Source: Myxococcota bacterium
GTDB taxonomy: Bacteria; Myxococcota_A; UBA9042; PHBI01; JAWLBL01
Length of the DNA: 64,000 nucleotides
NCBI GenBank assembly: GCA_041687695.1
Contig: JAWLBL010000012.1
Span: 1 to 64,000, forward strand
Direction of reading: 5' to 3'
Shown: positions 48,154 to 60,359 of the stretch, one piece after another
How the letters are laid out: every line of letters starts with the position of its first letter
Numbering within the stretch: the first letter of the stretch is position 1
The notes under the pieces: generated by a model
What the model was told of the DNA's origin: nothing
The model's input: the letters and a program-made list of their open reading frames with translations, nothing else
Database searches by the model: none
Translations under genes and position numbers: made by a program

Positions 48154-49362
48154 TCAGCCGCCGGCGGGGGTCTCGCGGGCGGTCAGGCGGTCGATGAGGA
48201 CCTCGGACAGGCGCCACAGAAGGCGCGTGCCCAGGCGCGGGTGCTGCGCGATGAGCGCCTGGAAGTCGATGTCGCTCATGGACAGGATCTGGCACTCGGT
48301 CAGCGTCGTCACCGTGGCGCTGCGCGGGCGCTGCGAGACCAGGGCCATCTCGCCGAAGTGGGCGCCCTCGCCGAGGCGGTTGATCTCGCGGCCGTTCTGG
48401 ACGACCGCGACCTGCCCGTCGAGCACGATGTACAGGCGGTCGCCCGGCTCGCCCTGGGTCAGGATCGTCTCGCCGGGCGGCAGCGACGAGGCGCGCAGCT
48501 TGGCGACCACCAGCGAGATCTCGGCCAGCGACAGCGACTCGAACAGCCACACGCGGTTCAGGGTCGCGAGCTTGCGCAGCGTCATCCGGTCGCGGGCCTG
48601 CTCGGCCGGGCGGACGTCCTTGGGGTGCTCGACCGTGACGACGACGGCCGTCACGTTGTCGCGGGTGCCGCTGGCGATGGCGAGGGCGATGAGCGCCTCG
48701 GGCGGGGCGCCGGCCTCGAGGCGGGCCTTCAGCTCGGGGAGGGCGTCGCCCTTGCCGATGAGCCCGTCGGAGCACACGAGCAGCCGGTCGCCGTCGATGA
48801 GGTCGATGACCAGGGTGTCCACCTCGACCGAGGGCTGGGTGCCGACGGCGCGCGTCAGCTGGTGGCCGAGCGACGGGTTCAGCTTGTCGCGCGGCAGCCC
48901 CTGGCGCACCAGCTCCTCGAGCACGGTGTGGTCGCGCGTCAGCTGGTGCAGCTCGCCCCGCCGCGACAGGTACACGCGGCTGTCGCCCACGTGCCCGACC
49001 GCCGCGACGCGCCCCTGCACCAGCACCAGGCTCATCGTGCAGCCCATCCCGGCCCGGCCCTGCCCGTCGCGCGCCATGCGGTAGACGGCCCCCGCCGCCT
49101 CGGTCACCGCCGTCCGCACCAGCTCCATCAGCCGCGCGCGCCCCGCCGGCCCATCGTCCAGCCCCGCCAGCTCGGCCGCGCGCCCCCGGACGAAGGCCTG
49201 CACCGCCTGCGCCGCCGCCTGCGAGGCCACCTCGCCCGCCGCGTGCCCGCCCATCCCGTCGCACACGACGTACAGGCGCAGCCCCTCGTCGATGACGTAG
49301 TAGTCCTCGTTGTGCGGCCGGACCGGCCCGACGTCGGTGGCGCCCACGCCGCGTGTCTTCAT
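48154..49362 (-). CDS. PP2C phosphatase with C-terminal cyclic-nucleotide-binding domain
   Basis: NED, VCDGMGG, GDSR, CSDGL, RDNVT. QGEPGDRLYIV...FGEMAL..RPRSATV. Confidence 0.93.
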   Translation of the reverse strand: MKTRGVGATDVGPVRPHNEDYYVIDEGLRLYVVCDGMGGHAAGEVASQAAAQAVQAFVRGRAAELAGLDDGPAGRARLMELVRTAVTEAAGAVYRMARDGQGRAGMGCTMSLVLVQGRVAAVGHVGDSRVYLSRRGELHQLTRDHTVLEELVRQGLPRDKLNPSLGHQLTRAVGTQPSVEVDTLVIDLIDGDRLLVCSDGLIGKGDALPELKARLEAGAPPEALIALAIASGTRDNVTAVVVTVEHPKDVRPAEQARDRMTLRKLATLNRVWLFESLSLAEISLVVAKLRASSLPPGETILTQGEPGDRLYIVLDGQVAVVQNGREINRLGEGAHFGEMALVSQRPRSATVTTLTECQILSMSDIDFQALIAQHPRLGTRLLWRLSEVLIDRLTARETPAGG

Positions 49363-49410
49363 CGCGTCTCTCCCAAGTGGCGTCGCGAGCCTAGCACGCC
49401 GCCGCCGGCG

Positions 49411-50586
49411 CTACTCCCACTCGTCGGTCATCTCGCGCCGGAGCATCGCGTCCATCTGCTTGAGCCCCTCGAGCAGCTCGTTCAGCTGCGCCGGGCTGGC
49501 CAGCATCGCCGCGCACTCGCGCTCGTCCTCGGCCGTGACCTGACCGGCCTCGGCCCGCATCTCCTTGCACATCGGCTTCGAGACGACCGCGCACATCCTA
49601 TCGAGCAGCACCGAGCACGACGACGCCGCCGGTGGGGGCGACGGCCGCGGCGCTGGCTCCGGCTGGGTCACCTTGGGCCCCGGCGTCGGCCCCGGCGTCG
49701 GCGCGGGCCCCAGCACCATCGCCGCCAGATCGGGCCCCGCCTCGCGCCCGCTCTTGCCCAGCACCCGCGCCGGGCCGTGGCGCTCGGGCGTCTGCTCGCG
49801 GTCCTTGACCGTCACCCGCAGCACCTTGTGCGCGTAGGTCACCACCTCGTCGGCCGTCACCTGCCCGTCGGCGTCGGCGTCACCCCACCCTCGCAGCGCC
49901 CCCAGCACCAGGTAGCTGAACGCCGGCCGCCCCGCCCCCGGCAGCGGCCCGGCGAGCTGGTGCGCCTTGCCCGCCGACAGCACCGTGACCGGCGACGCCG
50001 CGGCCTTCGCGTCGGCCACCGGCAGCATCGGCTGCAGCCCCGGCGCCAGCGGCGCGCCGTCTCCCGCGCGCCCCGAGAAGCACGCGTCCAGCACCACCAC
50101 GGCCTCCACGCGCTCGCCCTTCCCCACCGCCTTCAGCAGCTCGGCCCGCGGCAGGCTGCGCGCGTACAGCGTCTTGGCGTTCTGCTGCGCGTCGAAGCCG
50201 ACCAGGACCCCGTCCTGCCCGTCCAGCGCCGGCGCCCCGTGGCCCACGAAGACGAACCACAGGGTCCCGCCCGGCTTGGCGTACCCGGCCGCCTTGGCCA
50301 GCGCGTCGCGCAGGTTCTCGAGGTTGGCCTCGCTGTTGCGCAGCAGGATCACGTTCTCGATCGGCACCTTGCGGTCGCGCGTCAGGTGGCGGTACCAGTC
50401 CTCGGCGTTCCTCGCGGCGCCCGGGACGTCGGGGACGAAGGCGTAGTCCTCGATGCCGACCACGACCGCCGCGTCCTTGGCGCCGCCGCCGAGCGCCGCC
50501 TTGGGCGGGGAGGTCAGATCGGGCCAGGCCGGGGCGGGCTGCGCGAGGGCGGCCGCCGCCGCGAACAGCGGGACGAGCAGGTGCAT
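49411..50586 (-). CDS. Exported caspase-like (peptidase C14) protein
   Basis: Signal peptide, VVVGIEDY, catalytic FVGHG and LDACFSG, DGQVTADE. Confidence 0.88.
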   Translation of the reverse strand: MHLLVPLFAAAAALAQPAPAWPDLTSPPKAALGGGAKDAAVVVGIEDYAFVPDVPGAARNAEDWYRHLTRDRKVPIENVILLRNSEANLENLRDALAKAAGYAKPGGTLWFVFVGHGAPALDGQDGVLVGFDAQQNAKTLYARSLPRAELLKAVGKGERVEAVVVLDACFSGRAGDGAPLAPGLQPMLPVADAKAAASPVTVLSAGKAHQLAGPLPGAGRPAFSYLVLGALRGWGDADADGQVTADEVVTYAHKVLRVTVKDREQTPERHGPARVLGKSGREAGPDLAAMVLGPAPTPGPTPGPKVTQPEPAPRPSPPPAASSCSVLLDRMCAVVSKPMCKEMRAEAGQVTAEDERECAAMLASPAQLNELLEGLKQMDAMLRREMTDEWE

Positions 50587-50782
50587 CGGGGCTCCCGGGC
50601 GTGGGGTGCGAACGCGACCTTACCGAGTCCGGGCGCCGCTCGCCACCTGCGGCGGCCACCGCGGCCTCGCGCCGGGTTGTCTCGACCGCACGACGTGACG
50701 CCCTTATCAGCTTCGGGGTGGGCGTCCAGGCCGCGAGCCGCTAGCGTGGCGCCCCCTCCCGAACCGACGACGAGGATCCACG

Positions 50783-52672
50783 ATGACGCTTGCAGGGCAC
50801 TGGACCACGCGCTTTTCCGACAAGGTCGTCACGGTCGAGCAGGCGATCCGGGCCATCCGCCCCGGACGCCGCGTCCTGGTCGGCTCGGGCGCGGGGGAGC
50901 CCGAGCGGCTGGTCCAGGGCCTCATCGAGCACGGCGCGCACCTGGCGGACAACGAGATCGTGCACCTGCTGACGCTGGGCGCGGCGCCGTACGTCGACCC
51001 CGGGCTCGAGCGGCGCTTCCGACACGTGGCCTTCTTCATCGGGCCCAACGTCCGCAAGGCCGTGCAGGAGGGGCGCGCCGACTTCATGCCGGTGTTCTTG
51101 AGCGAGATCCCGCAGCTCATCCGCAGCCGGCGCGTGCGCATCGACGTCGCGCTGGTGCAGGTCAGCGAGCCCGACGCCCACGGCTACGTCAGCCTGGGCG
51201 TCTCGGTCGACATCGTGCGCGCGGCCGTCGACTCGGCGGCCCTGGTCATCGCCGAGGTCAACCCGCGCATGCCCCGCACCCTGGGCGACTCGTTCGTCCA
51301 CGTCAGCCGCCTGGCCCACCTGGTCCCGGTGGACGCCCCGCTGCCCGAGCTGAAGGCCGAGCCGCTCGACGAGGTCACGCGCACCATCGGCCAGCACGTC
51401 GCCAGCCTCATCCCGGACGGCGCGACCATCCAGACCGGCATCGGCAAGATCCCCCACGCCGTCCTCGAGGCCCTGCGCGACCACCAGGACCTGGGCGTCC
51501 ACACCGAGATGCTGAGCGACAGCGTCATCGATCTGGTCGAGCGCGGCGTCATCAACGGGCGCCGCAAGACGCTGCTGCCCGGCAAGCTGGTGACCTCGTT
51601 CATCATGGGCACCCAGCGCCTGTACGACTGGGCCCACGACAACCCGGCCATCGAGATGCGCCCGTCCGACTTCACCAACGACCCGGTCACCGTCGCCCGC
51701 AACGACTGCATGATGGCCATCAACTCGGCGGTCGCCATCGATCTCACCGGGCAGGTGGCCAGCGACACCGTGCGCGGGCGCTTCTTCAGCGGCATCGGCG
51801 GGCAGGTCGACTTCATCCGGGGCGCGGCGCGCAGCCGGGCGGGCAAGCCCATCATCGCGCTGCCGTCGACGGCGCGCGGCGGGACGGTCAGCCGCATCGT
51901 GCCGACGCTGGACGAGGGCGCGGGGGTCGTCACCAGCCGCGGCGACGTGCGCTACGTGGTGACCGAGTTCGGCGTCGCGGATCTGTGGGGCAAGAACATC
52001 CGGCAGCGCGCGATGGCGCTCATCGAGGTGGCGCACCCGGACTTCCGCGACGCGCTGCTCGAGGCCGCCAAGGGGCGGCGCTACGTGTTCCCGGACCAGC
52101 TGGTGCCGCGGGCGCGCTACCCGTGGGAGGAGGCGTGCGAGGCGAAGACCCGCGACGGCGAGGCCATCGTGGTGCGCCCGGCGCGGGTGGCCGATCACGA
52201 GGCGCTGCAGGACTTCTTCTACGGCTTGAGCGACAAGACCGTGTACCGGCGCTTCATGCAGCACAAGCGGCGCCATCCCCACGCCGAGATCCAGGCGCTG
52301 GTCGACCAGGACTACGAGAGCAGCATGGCGCTGGTGGCGACGCCGGCCGAGCGCCCCGACGAGATCGTGGCGATGGCCCGCTACGATCTGGACCCGGCGA
52401 CCCGGCTGGCCGACATCGCCTTCGTGGTGGCCGACGCCTGGCAGGGCAAGGGGCTGGGGACGTTCCTGATGCGGCGGATGGCCGAGGTCGGGCGCTCGCG
52501 CGACATCGCGGGCTTTTCGGCCGACGTGCTGGCGACCAACCTGGACATGCTAGAGATCTTCAACCGCAGCGGGATGCAGGTGCACGCGGACCTCGACGGG
52601 TCCGAGTACCACGTGACCCTGACCTTCCCGCAGGGCGAGCCGGCCGGCGGAGGCGACGCGGCGGGCGGCTGA
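50783..52672 (+). CDS. Acetyl-CoA hydrolase/CoA-transferase fused to a GNAT domain
   Basis: GATIQTGIGKIP, LGVHTEM, SGIGGQVDF, VVTEFG. C-terminal VADAWQGKGLG...N..ML. Confidence 0.92.
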   Translation: MTLAGHWTTRFSDKVVTVEQAIRAIRPGRRVLVGSGAGEPERLVQGLIEHGAHLADNEIVHLLTLGAAPYVDPGLERRFRHVAFFIGPNVRKAVQEGRADFMPVFLSEIPQLIRSRRVRIDVALVQVSEPDAHGYVSLGVSVDIVRAAVDSAALVIAEVNPRMPRTLGDSFVHVSRLAHLVPVDAPLPELKAEPLDEVTRTIGQHVASLIPDGATIQTGIGKIPHAVLEALRDHQDLGVHTEMLSDSVIDLVERGVINGRRKTLLPGKLVTSFIMGTQRLYDWAHDNPAIEMRPSDFTNDPVTVARNDCMMAINSAVAIDLTGQVASDTVRGRFFSGIGGQVDFIRGAARSRAGKPIIALPSTARGGTVSRIVPTLDEGAGVVTSRGDVRYVVTEFGVADLWGKNIRQRAMALIEVAHPDFRDALLEAAKGRRYVFPDQLVPRARYPWEEACEAKTRDGEAIVVRPARVADHEALQDFFYGLSDKTVYRRFMQHKRRHPHAEIQALVDQDYESSMALVATPAERPDEIVAMARYDLDPATRLADIAFVVADAWQGKGLGTFLMRRMAEVGRSRDIAGFSADVLATNLDMLEIFNRSGMQVHADLDGSEYHVTLTFPQGEPAGGGDAAGG

Positions 52673-52689
52673 GCGCCGGGAGCGGGCGG

Positions 52690-52952
52690 AGATCTACGGA
52701 CCTGGGTCGAAGCGGGGGGAGTGGGCATCGGCTCTCGCCAGCGGGGATCCAGCTGACCGGGTAGCCATTGGGGACCGCTGTCGGGGTTCAGCGTCCGCCG
52801 GGCGCCCTGCCGGGCCGTGGGTCGATGCGCGATGCCACTCGGGGTTCGACACGTCCGCGTGGGGAGCGCGGACGCTGACGGGGCGTCGGGGAGGGCGCCA
52901 CCGTCACGAGGTCTGGATGTCAGAGGCCACCGGGGAGGGAGGCCAGCGACGC
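52690..52952 (-). ncRNA. Candidate sRNA made of tandem hairpins with C-rich loops
   Basis: Six hairpins with CUCCCC/AACCCC/AUCCCC loops directly downstream of a sigma54 motif, in a gap between convergent genes. 3' end uncertain. Confidence 0.55.
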
Positions 52953-52962
52953 CCAGAGAGAT

Positions 52963-52979
52963 TGCACGACCCGTGCCAA
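52963..52979 (-). promoter_or_regulatory. Sigma54 -24/-12 promoter
   Basis: Minus strand TTGGCACGGGTCGTGCA versus consensus TGGCACG-N4-TTGC(A/T), one mismatch. Confidence 0.65.
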
Positions 52980-53192
52980 CCGAACCGATGGCCAGCAACT
53001 TGGCGGCCTTCGCGCGAAACCGGGGCGGGCGAGCCGCTCACAACCCGGCGAAAACGCGTCGGTTTGCGAGATTTCTCGCTCCTGAGTGGGGGACGCCCCG
53101 GCGGGCGCAGACGCCAAGCGGCCGAACCGGTCCCCAGCGGTCGGTCAAGGGGGGAGCGGCGGATTCCGGTGGCAGGCGCGGCGTCGCCGGGC

Positions 53193-55469
<2,277 letters not shown>

Positions 55470-55853
55470 GAGGGGGCGGCTCCGCGGGTCGCTGCAGGGG
55501 GTCGGGGGCGCGACTTTGAAGCCGATCGCCGCGCGAGTCCACGACGATTGCGCATTCGGGCTTGCGCCGGTGCCGCCCGCTTCCCATACTGCGCGCTCTC
55601 AGGAGACCCCCTATGATTCGCCTCGGCTTTCAGAACCGACACGAGTAGCGGGCGCCGCCGGATGGCCGCGCGTCGCTGACGCACGGTCCCTTCCTGTCGC
55701 CCACATCGCTTCGTTGGTCCCCTCGGCGAGCCTCGCCGTGAACGCGCGCGCCCTGCCCCATCGCGCAGGCGCCGCGCCGCGTTCGCGCCCTCGCGCGCCG
55801 ACCTGCCGCCAGCCCGCCGCCACGCGCGACGCGGGCTGTCCGAACGCCGAGCC

Positions 55854-58742
55854 ATGTCCAGAAGTCGCCACCCGTCGCGGCCGCGTCCGCCGCGTCGCGT
55901 CTCGTCGCTGCAAAGACAGCTGTCGGGCCCCGCCGTCGTGGCGGGCGCCCAGGTCGTCGTCCTGTCCGAGACGCCGCCGCGTCCGCCCGACCCGCTCGCG
56001 CTGGCGCGCGCCCTGCTGACGCCGCAGCTGCCCGACGTGGACGAGCTGGCCAGGCGAGTGGGCGCCAAGCAGGCCGTCCCGCTGTCGCCGGAGCTGCAGG
56101 TCCAGGCCTGGCGCCAGGGCGCCGCGTTGGCGTCCTTGCCGGAGCTGGTCCGGCGCGCGGCCGCCCACGGCCCTCCGCAGACGCGCGTCGGGCTGGCCGC
56201 CGAGGCGCTGATCTCGCTGGACGCCCCGGAGCGGCACGCGCCCCTGCTGGCGCGGCTGCTCGCCGAGGCGCCGCCCGCGCCCGGTCAGCGGCCTCCGGGA
56301 CCGGGTGGGCCGGCGGTCGCCTCGCGCGTCGCGGCGAGGCGGGCCCTGGCCGCGCTGAGGGCCGGCGTGCTGTACGGCCCGGCCGTGGCCGCCCACGCCG
56401 CGGCGGTGCTGGCCGCGCGCGAAGCGCCGCCGGGCGATGACGAGCTCGTGCTGGCGGCGCTGCTGCTCGTGCCGTCGGCGCGCGCGACGCCGCCGGACGT
56501 CGACGCGGACGGGCTGAGGCTGTTGGTGCGGGGGCTGAGGCACCAGGAGACCGAGCGCGCCGTGGCCTTGCTGAGCGCCCTCTCCGGTCTGCCGCGCGAG
56601 GCGCTCGGGCGGCTGCGCTGGTGGCATCTGAGGTGCGTGTCGCGGCCCGAGCTGCTCGGCGATCTCCTGCAGCGGGGCATCGAGCCGACGTCCCACGAGG
56701 CGCTGCGGGCCTCGGCGCCCGCGCGGCGCTGGCTGGCGCTGGCGACCGACCTCGCGGCCGCCGCGGGCGGGGGCGCGGAGCCGGACTTCGCCGGGCTCGC
56801 GCCGGACGAGGACGCCGTGGTGCGCCTGTCGGCCCGCCGCCGCGCCGACGACCCGCTGAGCGTGCTGGGCGCGCTGGCGCTGGTCCGCCAGGCGCTGCGC
56901 CACGGGCACGACGCCGAGGCCGTCGCCGCGCGCGCGATCGCGCTGGGGCGTCGCTGCGCGCCGCTGATGCGGGTCCTGGACGCGTGGCGGACCGTCGACC
57001 TGGCCGCGCCGCCGCCCGAGCTGGCGGAGGTGGCCCGGGTGACGGGGCTCGCGCCCGAGGTGGTGGCGCGTTATCTGAGGTTCCGCGAGCTGACCGGCGA
57101 GGGGGCGACCTTCTCGCGGGCGCTGCGAGAGGCGCTGCAGGCGCCGCCGGAGCGGGTCGAGGCGGCCGGCAAGCGGGCGCGGCGACGGCTGGAGCGGGCG
57201 CTGCCCGAGCTGGGGCGCGAGGCCTTGAAGCAACTGGTCGAGGACGCTGCGTTGCGAGCCCTTGGCGACGTGGTCGGCCGGCGCGCCGCGGCGCGGCCGC
57301 TGTCACGCGAGGATCTGGGGCGGCTGCAGGGCCTCTTCGTCGACTTGCGGACGCGGTTGCCGCTGGTCGGGGCGCTGGTGCGGGAGGCGGTCGGCCGGCA
57401 GGCGCTGGCGTCGCGGCCGCCGAACGCCGCCTGGTGCGAGCGGGCGCGGGCCGCGGGGGTCGACGTCGAGGCGTGGCTGGGCGGGCTGGACGTCGAGGTC
57501 GAGGTCGCGGGCGAGCGGCTGCGCGTGCAGACCGAGGCGGATCCCTGGGCCGTGCTGGACATGGGGACCTGGTTCGGCACCTGCCTGAGCCTGGAGGGCG
57601 GCTTCAACTGCGCGTCGACGCTGGTCAACGCGCTGGACGTGAACAAGCACCTGGTGGTCGCGCGGCGCGCCGACGGGAAGGTCTTCGGACGCAAGCTGAT
57701 CGGGGCGACCGCGCGCGGCGAGCTGGCCGGCTACCACACCTACGCGCACGAGCACGGGTTGGCGTTGCGTGAGGCCCTGTCCGAGGCGCTGCGCGGGTTC
57801 GCGGCGCGGTGTGGGCTGCGGCCGTCGGACCGGGCGACGCCCGAGGTGCTGCACGACGGGTTCTGGTACGACGACGGCAACGAGGGCTGGCAGGCGCGCA
57901 CGGCGGCCGGGCCGCATGCGGGCGAGGTGGCGCGGGCCTTGCGGGCCGGGCGGGCGCCGACGGCGGCCGGGCGCACGTTCGGGGACGACCTGGCCTGGCG
58001 GCTGGCGGTCTACGGCGTGCCGGCGTGTCGACCGGCGGTGGCTCGGCTGGCCGGTCTGGGGCCGGAGGCCGCCGTGAGGATCGCGGTCGACGCGCTGGTC
58101 CGGCGGCGTCCCGACGCGGGGGCCCTGCGGCTGCTGGCGCGGGCGAGCCGTGAAGCGGCGCGGCGCGGCGGCAGGTTGCCGCCGGTGCCGATCGAGGCAG
58201 GCGAGTGCTCGGTGGATTGGCTGACGGCGCTGCTGGAGGCGCTGCCCGACGCGCCCGAGGGCGGGGTGGTGACGCGGTGGGCGGACGCGCTGGCGACGGC
58301 GGGACGGCGCGAGGGGACGCTGGCGGCGTTCGCGGGGTCGCGGGCGGTGCCGGGAGTGGCGCGGGGGTTGCTGGTGGCGGCGCTGGAGGCGCGCGGGTGC
58401 TGGCCCGAGCCGACGGTGCGCGGTGGGCGGCGCGACGCGGGGCCGAGGCCGGCGGACCGGCTGCGGGCGTGCCTGGGCGAGGCCGAGGGGCCGAGCCGGT
58501 CCTGGGCGGTGAGGGCGGCGGCCTGCGCGGCGCGCATGGACGCCGGGGAGGTGGCGACGGTGGTGGCCGGGAGCGAGACGCTGGGCGAGGCCAAGGTGGT
58601 CGACCTGGCGATCGCCGAGGACGCGGCGGGGCGGCCGTGGGGGCCGCTGACGCGGGCGGCGTTGGGGGCGCTGGGCGAGGCGACGCGCCGGAGGGCGCTG
58701 GCCGAGGTGAAGCGCTGGCTGGGCGACGGTGGGGGCTGCTAG
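55854..58742 (+). CDS. Large hypothetical protein (962 aa)
   Basis: Long ORF with host-like codon usage, mostly helical and Ala/Arg-rich, with one enzyme-looking segment MGTWFGTCLSLEGGFN...NALDVNK. Confidence 0.7.
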   Translation: MSRSRHPSRPRPPRRVSSLQRQLSGPAVVAGAQVVVLSETPPRPPDPLALARALLTPQLPDVDELARRVGAKQAVPLSPELQVQAWRQGAALASLPELVRRAAAHGPPQTRVGLAAEALISLDAPERHAPLLARLLAEAPPAPGQRPPGPGGPAVASRVAARRALAALRAGVLYGPAVAAHAAAVLAAREAPPGDDELVLAALLLVPSARATPPDVDADGLRLLVRGLRHQETERAVALLSALSGLPREALGRLRWWHLRCVSRPELLGDLLQRGIEPTSHEALRASAPARRWLALATDLAAAAGGGAEPDFAGLAPDEDAVVRLSARRRADDPLSVLGALALVRQALRHGHDAEAVAARAIALGRRCAPLMRVLDAWRTVDLAAPPPELAEVARVTGLAPEVVARYLRFRELTGEGATFSRALREALQAPPERVEAAGKRARRRLERALPELGREALKQLVEDAALRALGDVVGRRAAARPLSREDLGRLQGLFVDLRTRLPLVGALVREAVGRQALASRPPNAAWCERARAAGVDVEAWLGGLDVEVEVAGERLRVQTEADPWAVLDMGTWFGTCLSLEGGFNCASTLVNALDVNKHLVVARRADGKVFGRKLIGATARGELAGYHTYAHEHGLALREALSEALRGFAARCGLRPSDRATPEVLHDGFWYDDGNEGWQARTAAGPHAGEVARALRAGRAPTAAGRTFGDDLAWRLAVYGVPACRPAVARLAGLGPEAAVRIAVDALVRRRPDAGALRLLARASREAARRGGRLPPVPIEAGECSVDWLTALLEALPDAPEGGVVTRWADALATAGRREGTLAAFAGSRAVPGVARGLLVAALEARGCWPEPTVRGGRRDAGPRPADRLRACLGEAEGPSRSWAVRAAACAARMDAGEVATVVAGSETLGEAKVVDLAIAEDAAGRPWGPLTRAALGALGEATRRRALAEVKRWLGDGGGC

Positions 58743-58751
58743 GGTGCGGGG

Positions 58752-60278
58752 ATGAAGCGCTTCGGGTGGGTGATGGTGGGGCTGGCCGCCGCGTGCGGGG
58801 GCGAGCCGGCGGGAGAGGCCGAGACGGTGGCCGACGTCGTGGCCGAGGCGGAGACCGCGGCGGACGCCGAGGCCGAGGCCGGGGCCGACGCCGAGACGGG
58901 GACCGGGGGCGACGCCGAGGCCGAGACGGTGGCCGACGCCGAGGCCGAGACGGTGGCCGACGCCGAGGCCGAGACGGTGGCCGGACCGGTCCCGGGTGCT
59001 CTCGAGGGGTTGCCGACGCTGGGCGAGACGCTGTGTCTGGCGCACCCGCCGCAGTGGACCGACGTCGAGCGGCAGGCGGCGGTCGAGCGGCTGCTGGAGG
59101 CCGGCGTCGGGACGGTGCGGTTCGATCTCCGCTGGGCCTACACCGAGAAGCAGCCGGGGACCTTCGACTGGAGCTGGATCGACGCCAGCGCCGAGGTGTA
59201 CGCGGGCGCGGGGCTCGAGCTGCTGGGGCTCCTGTGGGCTGGCAACCCCTGGGCCAGCAGCCACCCGAAGGCGGACCAGTTCTACCCACCGGACGACCCG
59301 GCCGAGTTCGGCGACTTCGTCGAGGCGGCCGTCACCCACCTGGGCGACCGGGCCTGGCGCTTCGAGATCTGGAACGAGCCCAACGCCGGCTACCGGTTCT
59401 GGAAGGGCGTGCCGTCGGGCGGGATCGTGTCCAAGGGCGACCCGGCGGCCTTCGGGGCGCTGCTGAAGGAGGCCACCGCGCGCGGGCGCGCCGCCTGCCC
59501 GGATTGCGAGTTCGCCTTTGGCGGCCCGTTCTTCCACGACCTGGGCATCGACGGGCACGTGACGTTCCTGGCCGACGCCTTCGCCGCGCACCCGGACCTG
59601 GGCGAGTCGTTCGACGCGATGGGCTTTCACCCCTACGCGATGTACCCGCCGCTGGCGGCGCCCGAGGAGGGCGAGTCCGAGCTGGAGCTGCCGGTCTGGG
59701 AGATGGCGGCGCAGGTGCGCGCGGTGATGGCCGCGCACGGGGCCGGCGACCGGCCGCTGTGGACGACCGAGATCGGATGGCCGGTCTGGGGCGAGACCAC
59801 GCCCGAGCGGCAGGCCGTCTATCTGGTGCGCGCGCACTTGCATCTGGTCGCCCTGGCCGCCGCGCCGGTCTGCTGGTACGAGCTGTACGACGGCCCCGAA
59901 CCGGACGGCTTCCCGCCCGAGGACGCCTTCGGGCTGCTCAGTCACCTGGACCCGGCGACCGGGCTGGGCGGCGAGCCGAAGCCGGCCTTCCACGCCCTGG
60001 CGCAGCTGGGCAACCGCTTCGCCGCCCACCGCCCGACCCGCGATCTGGCCGCGGGCGGCGCCCTGCCGGCCGGCGCCTTCGGCTACGAGCTGCGCGCCGA
60101 CGGGGGCGACGACGTCTGGTGGGCTTTGTGGACGCACCCAGCGAAGGCGCTCACCGCCGCCCTGCCCGCGCCGGTCGCCGAGGCGCGCGCCCTGACCGGC
60201 GAGCCGCTGCAGGCGCTGGTCGGCCAGACGACCGCCACGCTGGGCGAGGCGCCGATCTTCTTGCGGCTCGCGCCGTAA
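58752..60278 (+). CDS. Clan GH-A glycoside hydrolase lipoprotein (GH39/GH5-like)
   Basis: Lipobox LAAAC, acid/base EIWNEPN, FHPY, nucleophile WTTEIGW, 24-bp DAEAETVA repeats at about 58911-58982. Confidence 0.85.
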   Translation: MKRFGWVMVGLAAACGGEPAGEAETVADVVAEAETAADAEAEAGADAETGTGGDAEAETVADAEAETVADAEAETVAGPVPGALEGLPTLGETLCLAHPPQWTDVERQAAVERLLEAGVGTVRFDLRWAYTEKQPGTFDWSWIDASAEVYAGAGLELLGLLWAGNPWASSHPKADQFYPPDDPAEFGDFVEAAVTHLGDRAWRFEIWNEPNAGYRFWKGVPSGGIVSKGDPAAFGALLKEATARGRAACPDCEFAFGGPFFHDLGIDGHVTFLADAFAAHPDLGESFDAMGFHPYAMYPPLAAPEEGESELELPVWEMAAQVRAVMAAHGAGDRPLWTTEIGWPVWGETTPERQAVYLVRAHLHLVALAAAPVCWYELYDGPEPDGFPPEDAFGLLSHLDPATGLGGEPKPAFHALAQLGNRFAAHRPTRDLAAGGALPAGAFGYELRADGGDDVWWALWTHPAKALTAALPAPVAEARALTGEPLQALVGQTTATLGEAPIFLRLAP

Positions 60279-60359
60279 CCCCCTCCCGCGATCCCGGCGC
60301 TCCCGGAGTCTCCGGCGGCGCGGTATGGTGCGGCCTCCGCCTCCCCTGAAAGGCCCGCG

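Noticed and set aside
52381..52998. 205-aa minus-strand ORF as the target of the sigma54 promoter
   Set aside because: It starts upstream of the promoter, is Pro/Arg low-complexity, and overlaps the GNAT gene antisense. The hairpin array explains the region better.
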